Virus record (IMG/VR): IMGVR_UViG_3300032820_000001
Span: 32,001 to 96,000 of that record
From: a virus
DNA length: 64,000 bases
Strand: one strand, 5' to 3'
In this document: in pieces, positions 1 to 8,461 of the stretch
How the letters are laid out: each line of letters starts with the position of its first letter
Numbering within the stretch: the stretch's first letter is position 1
The notes under the pieces: generated by a model
Told to the model about the DNA's origin: nothing
The model's input: the letters and a program-made list of their open reading frames with translations, nothing else
The model's database searches: none
Position numbers and translations under genes: made by a program

Positions 1-83
1 ATCTTCCAAGTTTTTTGTCTGGGGAGCTGGACAAGTTAAAAGAATTCTTTGGAATTTCCCTTAATTTGCATTGGAGAATCATT

Positions 84-464
84 TCAATCCTCTTCTTTCT
101 TCTTGTTGGTGGTTTTCTTTTTGGTGGTCTTCTTCTTTTTCTTCTTCGGTGTTTCCTCCGGTGCCGGAGCTTCTTGAGGAGGGGTATGCTCTTGAAGAAT
201 TTTAATGTATCCAATCATAATTTCAATACAATCCTCCACACGGAGGGCTGTTTTACTTATGAGGGTCTTAAGTTCCACGAGAGATTTTGTTCCCTCCACG
301 GGTTTATCAATAACCTCATTTCCGGCATCGCGGGACAACTTTGCGATGCCCCCGAATGAATTAGCAAGCTCATTTAATAAAATTTTAACTCGGTCAGGCA
401 CCTCTACCAAATCTACGCTATAAGTAATAGAAACGCGGCTGGGAATTTCATTTTCGTCGCTCAT
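84..464 (-). CDS. hypothetical protein with Lys-rich C-terminus
   Basis: 126-aa ORF, AGGAG SD upstream, same strand as all neighbours. Confidence 0.7.
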   Translation of the reverse strand: MSDENEIPSRVSITYSVDLVEVPDRVKILLNELANSFGGIAKLSRDAGNEVIDKPVEGTKSLVELKTLISKTALRVEDCIEIMIGYIKILQEHTPPQEAPAPEETPKKKKKKTTKKKTTNKKKEED

Positions 465-472
465 AAATACTC

Positions 473-757
473 CTATTGCAATAAACTCTCGACGCCCGAC
501 TTAATAAAGGAAGCTAACATCCCAACTGTGACTGTCATCAACATCCACATCATTCGAGAGGCACTTTTCTTCCACTGTTCCAAGTCGCGGATACGAGCAT
601 AAATTCCCTCATCGGGTGCGTAGAGAGATTTCTCTACCTTGTTGATAATGTTAGCAACTTCCTCTTGCTTCTCCTTTAAATCATCCATCTTTACAGATAG
701 AATGTCAAGGGATGCTTTAACTTCAGTAGCTAACAATTGATATTGATTGTCGTCCAT
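473..757 (-). CDS. small coiled-coil protein with C-terminal TM helix (holin-like candidate)
   Basis: 94 aa, heptad-like N-terminus then MMWMLMTVTVGMLASFI; AAGGAG SD; late motif at 784-791. Function is inference. Confidence 0.55.
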   Translation of the reverse strand: MDDNQYQLLATEVKASLDILSVKMDDLKEKQEEVANIINKVEKSLYAPDEGIYARIRDLEQWKKSASRMMWMLMTVTVGMLASFIKSGVESLLQ

Positions 758-798
758 AAAATTTCACTCCTTATTCACAAGAATAAGTAGTCTCTTTG

Positions 799-2382
799 TT
801 AAGCTTCGCTCTCAACAATTGCAAAGTCGGCAGTTAATAAAACAGAAGATGCGGATGCTGCGTTTCGCAGGGCACTCTTTGTTACCTTGGCTGGATCTAG
901 CACACCAGCTTTAATCAAGTCTTCAAACTTGCCAGTGGCCACGTTGTATCCACGAGTATCTGAGGAGAATGATTGTACTTTGGCCAGCACCACATCTGGA
1001 GATTGGCCTGCGTTTCTTACCATCGTCTTCAGTGGTTCTTCAATTGCTTTCTTTACAATCTCTGCACCAAGACGCTGATCTTCGTTCAGCAATTTCCCCT
1101 TGAGGTTCTTCAGGACTTCAGTAGAGTTGACGAGGGCGGTGCCCCCACCTGGGACTATCCCTTCCATTTGGGCGGAGTCTACAGCCGATAAAGCATCTTC
1201 TATGCGGTGTTTTTTCTCAATCATTTCGACTTCTGTGGCACCACCGACATTAATAATGGCAATACCGCTGGATAGTCTTGTAATTCTTTCTTGTATTTTT
1301 TCACACTCCCGCAAATCTTCAGCAGAAGCTAGCTCCGCCTTCAAGAGCTCAATGCGTTTATCAATTTCTGCTTGATCTCCCAAGCCGCCGACAATTGTGG
1401 TGTTATACTTGGTGGCCTCGATGGTCTTGGCTCGGCCCAAGTGTTCCAGCTTGGCTTCTTGTAGGCGCATGCCGCTTTCGCGGGAGATGTATGTGGCTCC
1501 AACGGAGATGGCCAAGTCCTTCAGGATGTTGCGGCGTTCTTCTCCGTAGCGAGGAGCTTTGATTGCCGCCACCTTCATTGTTCCACGAACTGCGTTCATA
1601 ATGAGTGCGGCCAAAGCTTGGCCCTCAATATTCTCTGCAACAATTGTTAGAGGTCGGGTCTCCCTTGCGGCGACCTCAAGGATAGGAAAAATTTCCTCGA
1701 CGGTTTCAATTGTGGAGTCCGTCACCAGAATAAAAGCATCCTCTTGGTTAGACAAGCCTCGTCGCTCGTCGTTAACAAAAGCCGATGCACAAATGCCGCT
1801 GTCGAACCTGAACCCCTCCACTACGTCAAGGGTTGTCTCATGAGAGCGAGCCTCTTGGATGGTGATGGCTCCGTCTTTGCCCACCAAGTCTACAGCCTTC
1901 GCAACCAAAGCGCCGATGGTGGTATCACCATTAGCTGAGATGGTTGCAATGTTTTTGATGTCATCTTCGCTGGCAATTGGCTTGGCCATGTCGCTGACCG
2001 CTTCGACCACCTTGTCCACAGCCACATCGATACCGCGCTTGAGCTCGACAGGGTTTGACCCTGCTTTCAAATACTTCTGAGCATTTGTGAGGATGGCTCT
2101 CGCCAAGACAGTAGCGGTGGTTGTACCATCGCCAGCAATTGAATTCGTTTTCTCCGCCGACTGTTTAATAATCTGAGCAGCCGCGTTCTCGAAGGGATCA
2201 TCGAAGTGAACGAACTTGGCAACAGTGACCCCATCTTTTGTGATGATTGGATTGGCACCCTTCTGATGGAGGATTACATTTCTGCCTCCCGGCCCCAACG
2301 TAGATGCTACATTATCGGCAAGCTTATTGACGCCAGACAAGATCTTCTCGGCCAGCTCATTGCCGTTGTTATATTTTTTCAT
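799..2382 (-). CDS. groEL: chaperonin GroEL (phage-encoded)
   Basis: TLGPGGRNV, ITKDGVTVAK, AGDGTTTATVLA, IEDAL, GIVPGGG, LDPAKVTKSAL; no C-terminal GGM tail. Confidence 0.98.
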   Translation of the reverse strand: MKKYNNGNELAEKILSGVNKLADNVASTLGPGGRNVILHQKGANPIITKDGVTVAKFVHFDDPFENAAAQIIKQSAEKTNSIAGDGTTTATVLARAILTNAQKYLKAGSNPVELKRGIDVAVDKVVEAVSDMAKPIASEDDIKNIATISANGDTTIGALVAKAVDLVGKDGAITIQEARSHETTLDVVEGFRFDSGICASAFVNDERRGLSNQEDAFILVTDSTIETVEEIFPILEVAARETRPLTIVAENIEGQALAALIMNAVRGTMKVAAIKAPRYGEERRNILKDLAISVGATYISRESGMRLQEAKLEHLGRAKTIEATKYNTTIVGGLGDQAEIDKRIELLKAELASAEDLRECEKIQERITRLSSGIAIINVGGATEVEMIEKKHRIEDALSAVDSAQMEGIVPGGGTALVNSTEVLKNLKGKLLNEDQRLGAEIVKKAIEEPLKTMVRNAGQSPDVVLAKVQSFSSDTRGYNVATGKFEDLIKAGVLDPAKVTKSALRNAASASSVLLTADFAIVESEA

Positions 2383-2414
2383 TAAAACTCCCGCTAAAGT
2401 TAATACCTATATAT

Positions 2415-2442
2415 ATTATAACCACTTTATGAAATTTGTAAA
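2415..2442 (-). promoter_or_regulatory. sigma70-type promoter for groEL
   Basis: minus strand TTTACA-N16-TATAAT, preceded by AAAACAC. Confidence 0.6.
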
Positions 2443-2448
2443 GTGTTT

Positions 2449-3990
2449 TTATTGAGCATCGTCATCAACTAAAGCTTGGGTGGCAAGCTCATCGGCGTGA
2501 CCTTTGGTTTCCTTGGCGGATTCCACCGCTGCATCGGCGAACTTGGTGCGACGTGCTGCTGCGGTAGATAAAAAATATTCATTAACATTATCTGTGAGTG
2601 TTTTGAGGTTATCATACACCCCTTTGAGCTGCGTTTCAATCTTAACGGCGTAATTTTCCACAATCTGCTTGATAAATTCGGGACTTACATCGAGAACACC
2701 CGTGGCTTCATAATTTCCTTCCAAGCCTTTCATTTTAGATTGAGTGATGTGGAATTGAGTTCCCTCCTCTCCCTCCATGAGAACCCCCAATGGGCCTCTG
2801 GCTATGCGCTCCGTCAAGAAACACCTTTCTCTGGGCTCGCGGCTCTCCTGTACCAGTTCATCTTCAGGCTCCTCGGTGGGGAGTTCTGGCGCCTTGCCGC
2901 GTAAACCTGCGCCATGCTTCTTATAATACCCAATAGTATATCTTATAAGGCTGAAATAGTCTTGCGTATTATAGTTGGCTCTTTCAATTACGTCACGCAA
3001 CACTCCAATCGATTGGGGGACATCGAGATAAGTCTCTTTATCCCGCCAGTAGGCTGCGGCCTCTTTGCGCTTTATCCCCGCTTCCTTTAGCGCACTGATA
3101 AACAATTCGTCATTTAGAATTTCTTTATTAAGTCGCAACAATGCTTTGTTGTCTTTGTTTGTTTCCATGATGTTCATGAAGCTCGTGGAATCAATGGTAA
3201 ATTCATGAAACTCCAAAATGTCAGCCTTTTCAGACTTATCCTTAGCCACCACGACATATAATAAACTCTGGTCATCGCCTTCGGCCAACGTTCCCACAAG
3301 GTTGGCATAACTTCCCTTAATCTGGGTGCCGCCCTTGGTCAACAATTTTAAACTAATGGGATATCCTCCCACCATTTTACCCGTTTCCGGTTCCCTGGTT
3401 TGGATGGCCCGAAGATCGGTAATGTCGAGAGTTCCGCCTGCGCTTCGTTCCACTTCCTGACTTCCGTTAAGGAGTGCTGCCAAGAATCCTTCAAACACAA
3501 AGCCTGCGCTGGAAGCTGTGAAGTCTTTCACAACTGAAGATAAGGAGTCGAAGAATACGAGCGTTGATAGAATCTTTGCGGTTGATCGAACTTCTCGTCG
3601 ATTATAAGCAATGTTATTAATGTGATTGATCTTTCCCTTGAGGGTCTTACCGGGGAACTTAGAAAAGAATTTATAGACTTCACCGCGTGATGTGGAAGAG
3701 GGATCTCCCCATGCTTCGGTGGGAACAAGTTTGGGGATTGAAAAAGGAATTGCCTTCTCCTCCCCCTTCTTGGCCTTTACCATAGGTTTTTCTTTCTTGG
3801 CCTCCGCATGAATGCTTGGATTTTTGTCGGGGTCTTTTCCTTTAAAGCTGAGTTCATCGGTGTCATCACCATAAATTGAGACTCCCGATGTTTCGGCGCC
3901 GCCTCTGGTATAGGCTATTTGGCCCATTTTGGAGCCCATCTCCTGCAGGGCTTTCATTACTTCTTCTGCTAACCAGTCATTATATTTCAT
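2449..3990 (-). CDS. hypothetical protein, possible PD-(D/E)XK-like core
   Basis: 513-aa ORF; FEGFLAALL...DITDL...ISLKLL segment. Confidence 0.6.
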   Translation of the reverse strand: MKYNDWLAEEVMKALQEMGSKMGQIAYTRGGAETSGVSIYGDDTDELSFKGKDPDKNPSIHAEAKKEKPMVKAKKGEEKAIPFSIPKLVPTEAWGDPSSTSRGEVYKFFSKFPGKTLKGKINHINNIAYNRREVRSTAKILSTLVFFDSLSSVVKDFTASSAGFVFEGFLAALLNGSQEVERSAGGTLDITDLRAIQTREPETGKMVGGYPISLKLLTKGGTQIKGSYANLVGTLAEGDDQSLLYVVVAKDKSEKADILEFHEFTIDSTSFMNIMETNKDNKALLRLNKEILNDELFISALKEAGIKRKEAAAYWRDKETYLDVPQSIGVLRDVIERANYNTQDYFSLIRYTIGYYKKHGAGLRGKAPELPTEEPEDELVQESREPRERCFLTERIARGPLGVLMEGEEGTQFHITQSKMKGLEGNYEATGVLDVSPEFIKQIVENYAVKIETQLKGVYDNLKTLTDNVNEYFLSTAAARRTKFADAAVESAKETKGHADELATQALVDDDAQ

Positions 3991-4861
3991 CTTTGATCTC
4001 CTTGATAACTTTTGCTAAATCCAGACACGCAGGATCAACTTTATTCTCCGTTACATGGTAGTGACATATCACCCCCTTAAACGCAGACGACTTAATTACG
4101 TTCTTAATTAGTTCGCCATTTTGGTTTGGGTATTCTAAAGGTACATTATAGAACTTGCACAGCGATTTTAATAGCTCTTTAAGGGCCTCGACCTGAACCT
4201 CGTAGAAATCCATGTGGGTCGGGAAAGGTTTTCCGTGTAGTGTGCTCTTGGGGAACATTGGTCGGGGCGGATCATATCTATCAATGTATTCTTTATAAAC
4301 AGCGTTGCTGATCTCAATGCCAATACTCTTAGAGTTGACGCCTCGTGCATGCCATGCAACATGGTTGGTGTCCATGAGCTGGTGGATGGTGCCGTCATTG
4401 TCGATGCAGAAGTGGGCAGAGAGCCCTCGTTGTCCCAAGATTTTTGCACACTGAGTTGAGCTTAAGCACCCATCCCAATGAACCACAATTTTGTCAATCG
4501 ATGACATGCGGTTGCCGCTGACAGACTTATATTGATTTGACTTGCACATCAGGGCTCCTGGGGATGTCCATAAAATGGTGTCTTCCCAATCAATTGTCAC
4601 CTCTACGTCATTACAAATTATCTTCTTGTCAATGTTGTCAATTTCAAATTGCTCTCTGGCGAGTTCCAACTCATCATCTGGCAGATCTGCAGTGGTGAAT
4701 ATCTCATTCCCATCCCGATCCACTCCAAGCCTTTGTTGGTTGAGTTTCTCCAGCTCCTCGTAGAATGGAGCAGAGGGAGTCATAATTTTTTCTCTTCTTC
4801 TCGTTTTTCTCCCGAAAATTAATCCCAGGATAGCTTCAAGGATTGTCATCAACAGCTTCAT
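3980..4861 (-). CDS. N-acetylmuramoyl-L-alanine amidase (Amidase_2-type endolysin)
   Basis: IVVHWD, LSAHFCIDNDGTIHQ, AWHARGVNSKSIGIEI, ICHYHV..NKVDP; GAGGAG SD. Confidence 0.92.
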   Translation of the reverse strand: MKLLMTILEAILGLIFGRKTRRREKIMTPSAPFYEELEKLNQQRLGVDRDGNEIFTTADLPDDELELAREQFEIDNIDKKIICNDVEVTIDWEDTILWTSPGALMCKSNQYKSVSGNRMSSIDKIVVHWDGCLSSTQCAKILGQRGLSAHFCIDNDGTIHQLMDTNHVAWHARGVNSKSIGIEISNAVYKEYIDRYDPPRPMFPKSTLHGKPFPTHMDFYEVQVEALKELLKSLCKFYNVPLEYPNQNGELIKNVIKSSAFKGVICHYHVTENKVDPACLDLAKVIKEIKDEI

Positions 4862-5255
4862 GTTGTGTCTCCTCTGTTGACAAATTGTTGTATGCCGCGA
4901 GTTGGGCCATTGCGTCGTCCCAGTTTTCGATATTTAGGTAGGGTTTGTACACTTCGGGATAGGATTCAATAAATGTTTGAATGATTTGTTTTCTCCATTC
5001 CCGCAAGTCATGTTCATCCTCGTTGCGGAGAACTTTGATCTTCTGCTCATCTATCCCGGTAATCTCCATGGCCATGTAGCCAGCTTCCAAGCTCATGATC
5101 ATGCGTGTGTACATCTTCACCGTGAAGGTGAGGATCTCGTTCTCTACCACCTGTAAGAGATGGCTCTTCAATCCAAAGATAATTGCCAAGGCGCTATACA
5201 CCTTATGAAAAAAGATCCCTGCCAAAAACGCTATAACTATATATACCAATGTCAT
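4836..5255 (-). CDS. hypothetical protein with N-terminal hydrophobic segment
   Basis: 139-aa ORF directly downstream of a consensus promoter. Confidence 0.7.
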   Translation of the reverse strand: MTLVYIVIAFLAGIFFHKVYSALAIIFGLKSHLLQVVENEILTFTVKMYTRMIMSLEAGYMAMEITGIDEQKIKVLRNEDEHDLREWRKQIIQTFIESYPEVYKPYLNIENWDDAMAQLAAYNNLSTEETQHEAVDDNP

Positions 5256-5288
5256 ATTTCACTCCATACAAAAAAACACTGCTCTGTC

Positions 5289-5317
5289 ATTATACAACAT
5301 AGCAGTGTTTTTGTAAA
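5289..5317 (-). promoter_or_regulatory. sigma70-type promoter
   Basis: minus strand TTTACA-N17-TATAAT with TG extension, preceded by AAAACAC as in the groEL promoter. Confidence 0.7.
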
Positions 5318-5334
5318 GTGTTTTCGAACAAGTA

Positions 5335-6162
5335 TTACTTATTCAAGCGGCTGATTACTTTAGAAGTAATTTCAGCAACTAAAGCGTCGACTGAGCTTTT
5401 CTTTTTCTTGGACTCATTCGTCCCCTCATAGTCTTCGCGGCTCTTGGACTGGTCGCCTTTTTTGGCTCCGCCTTCGGCAACCTTAGCTTCGGCCATTTCG
5501 ACTTCTTCTTCGTCGTCAATCATGACTTCTTCTTCGCCGCCGGCCATGGGCTCAGGTAAAGGCTCTTCCATTCCCGCTTCTTCTTCAGTGTCGCTCACCG
5601 TCACCATTTCGGTTCCAGTAGCTTGATTCAGAAGAGCTGCGAGGTCGTCAAGAATTGCTTTGGCGCGTGTGGCCAAGTCACCTTCGTCGGCGCCAGCTTC
5701 AGCGTCAGCAGCCATGTCTTCAATGTCGGCATCCATGGCAACTTCTTCGTCACCGCCTTCATAGTCGAGATGGCCAGGATCGGTTTCGGACTCATCGCCC
5801 TTGTTTCCGCCCCATTCTTCATCTTCTTCGTCATCTTCAGCGATGCGAAGGTTTTCATTTTTGGCGTCGGCTTCTTCAACCGCATCTTCGCCTTCATGAA
5901 CGCGATCAGTGAGGTTCATACCTCGTTCGGGGCCTTTTGCTGCGTTTTCAGTACGCTTGGCAGTACCACCTTCTTCAACGGTCTCTGCTTCTTCAACAGA
6001 GTCTGCTTCTTTAACAACCTCATCGCCTTCTTTCACTTCCTCTTCATTAACTTCTTCTTCGCTCACTTGTGATTCCAAGAAGGATTCTGAAAGTGGAGCG
6101 AGGTTAGCTAATCCCATGAAACGACGAACAGTTGATTCGTTTAAAAGTTTCTTGTTACTCAT
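5335..6162 (-). CDS. highly acidic protein, candidate head-internal or scaffold-like protein
   Basis: 275 aa, Glu/Asp-rich; GAGGAG SD; upstream motif shared with scaffold gene. Function is inference. Confidence 0.65.
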   Translation of the reverse strand: MSNKKLLNESTVRRFMGLANLAPLSESFLESQVSEEEVNEEEVKEGDEVVKEADSVEEAETVEEGGTAKRTENAAKGPERGMNLTDRVHEGEDAVEEADAKNENLRIAEDDEEDEEWGGNKGDESETDPGHLDYEGGDEEVAMDADIEDMAADAEAGADEGDLATRAKAILDDLAALLNQATGTEMVTVSDTEEEAGMEEPLPEPMAGGEEEVMIDDEEEVEMAEAKVAEGGAKKGDQSKSREDYEGTNESKKKKSSVDALVAEITSKVISRLNK

Positions 6163-6233
6163 AGTATACTATCTCCTCTTGATGTTTAAATCGATTTTTT
6201 CAAGATTTACTCTGCAAACTGCAGAATAACTAT

Positions 6234-6268
6234 TATAAATAGTGTGGGTCTTTGCAAAAACCCCTTTT
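6234..6268 (-). promoter_or_regulatory. bipartite late-promoter-like motif
   Basis: AAAAGGGGTTT-N13-CACTATTTATA; near-identical arrangement at 48506-48539. Confidence 0.6.
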
Positions 6269-6557
6269 ATTTAGCCGAAAGCGGTTTTTCAATACGTTTC
6301 TTTAATTTTTGAACAGCGGCCTTTTCAATTTGACACACCCGAACAAAACTTATGCGAAGTCTTTCGCCAATTTCTCTGAGGGTGAGCCCTCCTTCGTGTT
6401 TATCCACAGCCACCAAAGTGCAATTAAGATCCTCTTCATAATCAATCCAGTGTTTACACTCCGAGTTAGGGCAAGAAACTTTGCTCCTTTTACACGCTGT
6501 CATACATCTTGGCTCAACGGTAGGGGCATCCAGAAACACATTAAGCAAATCAGACAT
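6267..6557 (-). CDS. Cys-rich protein with sigma70 region 4-like HTH
   Basis: GLTLREIGERLRISFVRVCQIEKAAVQKLK; start moved to MSDLL (GGAGG SD). Confidence 0.8.
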   Translation of the reverse strand: MSDLLNVFLDAPTVEPRCMTACKRSKVSCPNSECKHWIDYEEDLNCTLVAVDKHEGGLTLREIGERLRISFVRVCQIEKAAVQKLKKRIEKPLSAK

Positions 6558-6915
6558 CGTATTCCTCCAACTCAATCAAGTCGAAGATGTTCTCGATATC
6601 TTCTGGGGATAATGCAAACCGACGGTCTACATCGTCTGCCTCTTCTCGTTCTTTCCTTATCATTTTTCTATTCCTTTTATTATCAATTTGTTTAGTCTCT
6701 TTATATTCCTCGAAGAAAGCAGTGAGGTGCTTGTTGTCTCCGATGAAGCCGCCAACCAAGGCCCGAAAAAATTCTGTCTTGGTTAGTTTTTCATACTCCA
6801 GCTTCATGATGAGATTCACATACACGGTATCGGTGCTATCATAATAAAGTGTTGGGTACACCCGACGATTAAGTTGGCCATACTCTTCAATTTTTTCTCC
6901 CGGAATTTTAGACAT
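6550..6915 (-). CDS. hypothetical protein
   Basis: 121-aa ORF overlapping both neighbours in a coupled arrangement. Confidence 0.75.
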   Translation of the reverse strand: MSKIPGEKIEEYGQLNRRVYPTLYYDSTDTVYVNLIMKLEYEKLTKTEFFRALVGGFIGDNKHLTAFFEEYKETKQIDNKRNRKMIRKEREEADDVDRRFALSPEDIENIFDLIELEEYDV

Positions 6916-7189
6916 TCGGTGTTGCCCGATCCCGAAGGCGCTGGTCGAAATCCTTCACCAATTCCTGGGCCTTTGACCAGCAGTCGGGACAGTACAAACG
7001 AACTGTTTCGGGGTCATGGCGCACGACCACGCTCCAGCTCATCACCTGTTCTCTATTCTGGCGGTCGAACGGCTCCTCGCATGCAAGGCACTCTTCAGGC
7101 AATTGATCGAAGAGACCCATTTTCTCCTCCACATCCTTTTGGATTTGCTTATGTTTCTTCTTGTTCTTTAATTTCCTAACCATACTCAC
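6908..7189 (-). CDS. hypothetical protein with CxxC motifs
   Basis: 93 aa; CLAC and YCPDC. Confidence 0.75.
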   Translation of the reverse strand: MSMVRKLKNKKKHKQIQKDVEEKMGLFDQLPEECLACEEPFDRQNREQVMSWSVVVRHDPETVRLYCPDCWSKAQELVKDFDQRLRDRATPNV

Positions 7190-7191
7190 TC

Positions 7192-7689
7192 CTACATCGC
7201 CGTCAATAACGGTACGCCTGGGGCACCTGACTCTGAGGTTCCAAAAATAACAACAGCCGATGGGAAGGGAGCAGAATTTCTTCCGCCGCCGAACTTCAGG
7301 CGCCCTTTGATGAGCCTAATCTCATCGGCCTTCATCACATAGTCGTGCCAATAGCGCGTATCCGTTCGAGCCGGGATGAGCATCACAACGGTGGTGCCTT
7401 TGGCCTGGGCCGATTGGTATGCCTTCTTAACCCACAGGCCGATGGCTCGGCCATAAGGGGGGTTAACGAATGCGGTATGGCCTGACCAATCTTGGATGAG
7501 GCCATCATCTTCGGGGGTGAAATATTTTGAGCACACCGCGTTGTGGCTCTGGGCGCAGGGATCAAGATCAAAAGAAAATTCTTTGTCTAGCTCCTGAAAG
7601 AAACTGTGTGGTGTGGACCACTCCAAACTCTTGCTGCTAAACAGCGTTTCCATATCATGCTTTCTCATTTCGAGCCTCCTTGAGTTCAT
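7192..7689 (-). CDS. phage N6-adenine DNA methyltransferase (Dam-type)
   Basis: WSTP, FDLDPCA, FVNPPYG, LIPARTDT, GRLKFGG, APFPSAVVIF. Confidence 0.92.
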   Translation of the reverse strand: MNSRRLEMRKHDMETLFSSKSLEWSTPHSFFQELDKEFSFDLDPCAQSHNAVCSKYFTPEDDGLIQDWSGHTAFVNPPYGRAIGLWVKKAYQSAQAKGTTVVMLIPARTDTRYWHDYVMKADEIRLIKGRLKFGGGRNSAPFPSAVVIFGTSESGAPGVPLLTAM

Positions 7690-8215
7690 TATACTTCTTC
7701 TGCAGCAAATCCTTTTGCTCCTTCGCCGAGGTAGGCGTGTCTGTAGAGCCTAAAGATCCCGCGCCTCGGTCGCTAATTGTGATGGGATACCAATTATAAA
7801 GGTTGCCTGTATTAGTCTCCAACGCTCGAAAGTGAACCACTGGAACCATGACTGCTTGGGCAATCTTATCCTTTGGGATAATTGTCTGGGGCTTCTTGCC
7901 AATGTTGTGAAGGTTGACAAACACCTCTCCGTCGTACCCGCTGTCCACCACGCAAGCACCAACAATGAGGCTGCGCTTGGCTGCAATACTGGATCTGTTC
8001 TTGATCTCAATCATATATCCATGAGGTACACCAAACCGATAGCCTGTGGCCAGTAGCTTGCTCTCTCCTGGCTCAATGACAATCGAATCATTATCGGGGT
8101 GAGGAAGGAAGCCTTCCGGCTCTGGGTTGAAGTACAGGTCTAGTCCTGCGTCTGATGGGTTGGCCCTCTCTGGAGGGAAGGCACTCTCTCTAACTCTGCA
8201 AAATTCTAAAATCAT
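7655..8215 (-). CDS. dut: trimeric dUTPase
   Basis: SDAGLDL, RSSIA, VVDSGYDGE, KIAQAV, RGAGSLGSTD. Confidence 0.95.
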   Translation of the reverse strand: MILEFCRVRESAFPPERANPSDAGLDLYFNPEPEGFLPHPDNDSIVIEPGESKLLATGYRFGVPHGYMIEIKNRSSIAAKRSLIVGACVVDSGYDGEVFVNLHNIGKKPQTIIPKDKIAQAVMVPVVHFRALETNTGNLYNWYPITISDRGAGSLGSTDTPTSAKEQKDLLQKKYNELKEARNEKA

Positions 8216-8224
8216 AATTTCTCC

Positions 8225-8461
8225 TTAGTTGATTTCTGTCTTCTCTAATTCCCGCAGCATCATCCAATTCAAAACATCGAATGGACCGCCGTAGGTAACG
8301 ATAACTTCATACTCGCTATCTTTATATTTCTCGTTCAATTCCTCACAGGCAGCATCGGTTTCTTCGGCTCCCCGAAGGGTACGGCGCTCCTCGATCTTGA
8401 GCTTCGTGTTGTGTATCACCACAACTGAATTAAATTTTCTTTTCTTTTTCTCTCCCGTCAT
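8225..8461 (-). CDS. hypothetical protein
   Basis: 78-aa ORF coupled to the dnaE stop. Confidence 0.6.
   Translation of the reverse strand: MTGEKKKRKFNSVVVIHNTKLKIEERRTLRGAEETDAACEELNEKYKDSEYEVIVTYGGPFDVLNWMMLRELEKTEIN

Noticed and set aside
6234-6241. TATAAATA as a plus-strand T4 late promoter (also 48506-48513)
   Set aside because: No credible plus-strand gene follows, and other copies read TAAGTAGT. It is better explained as the minus-strand ACTAYTTA motif.
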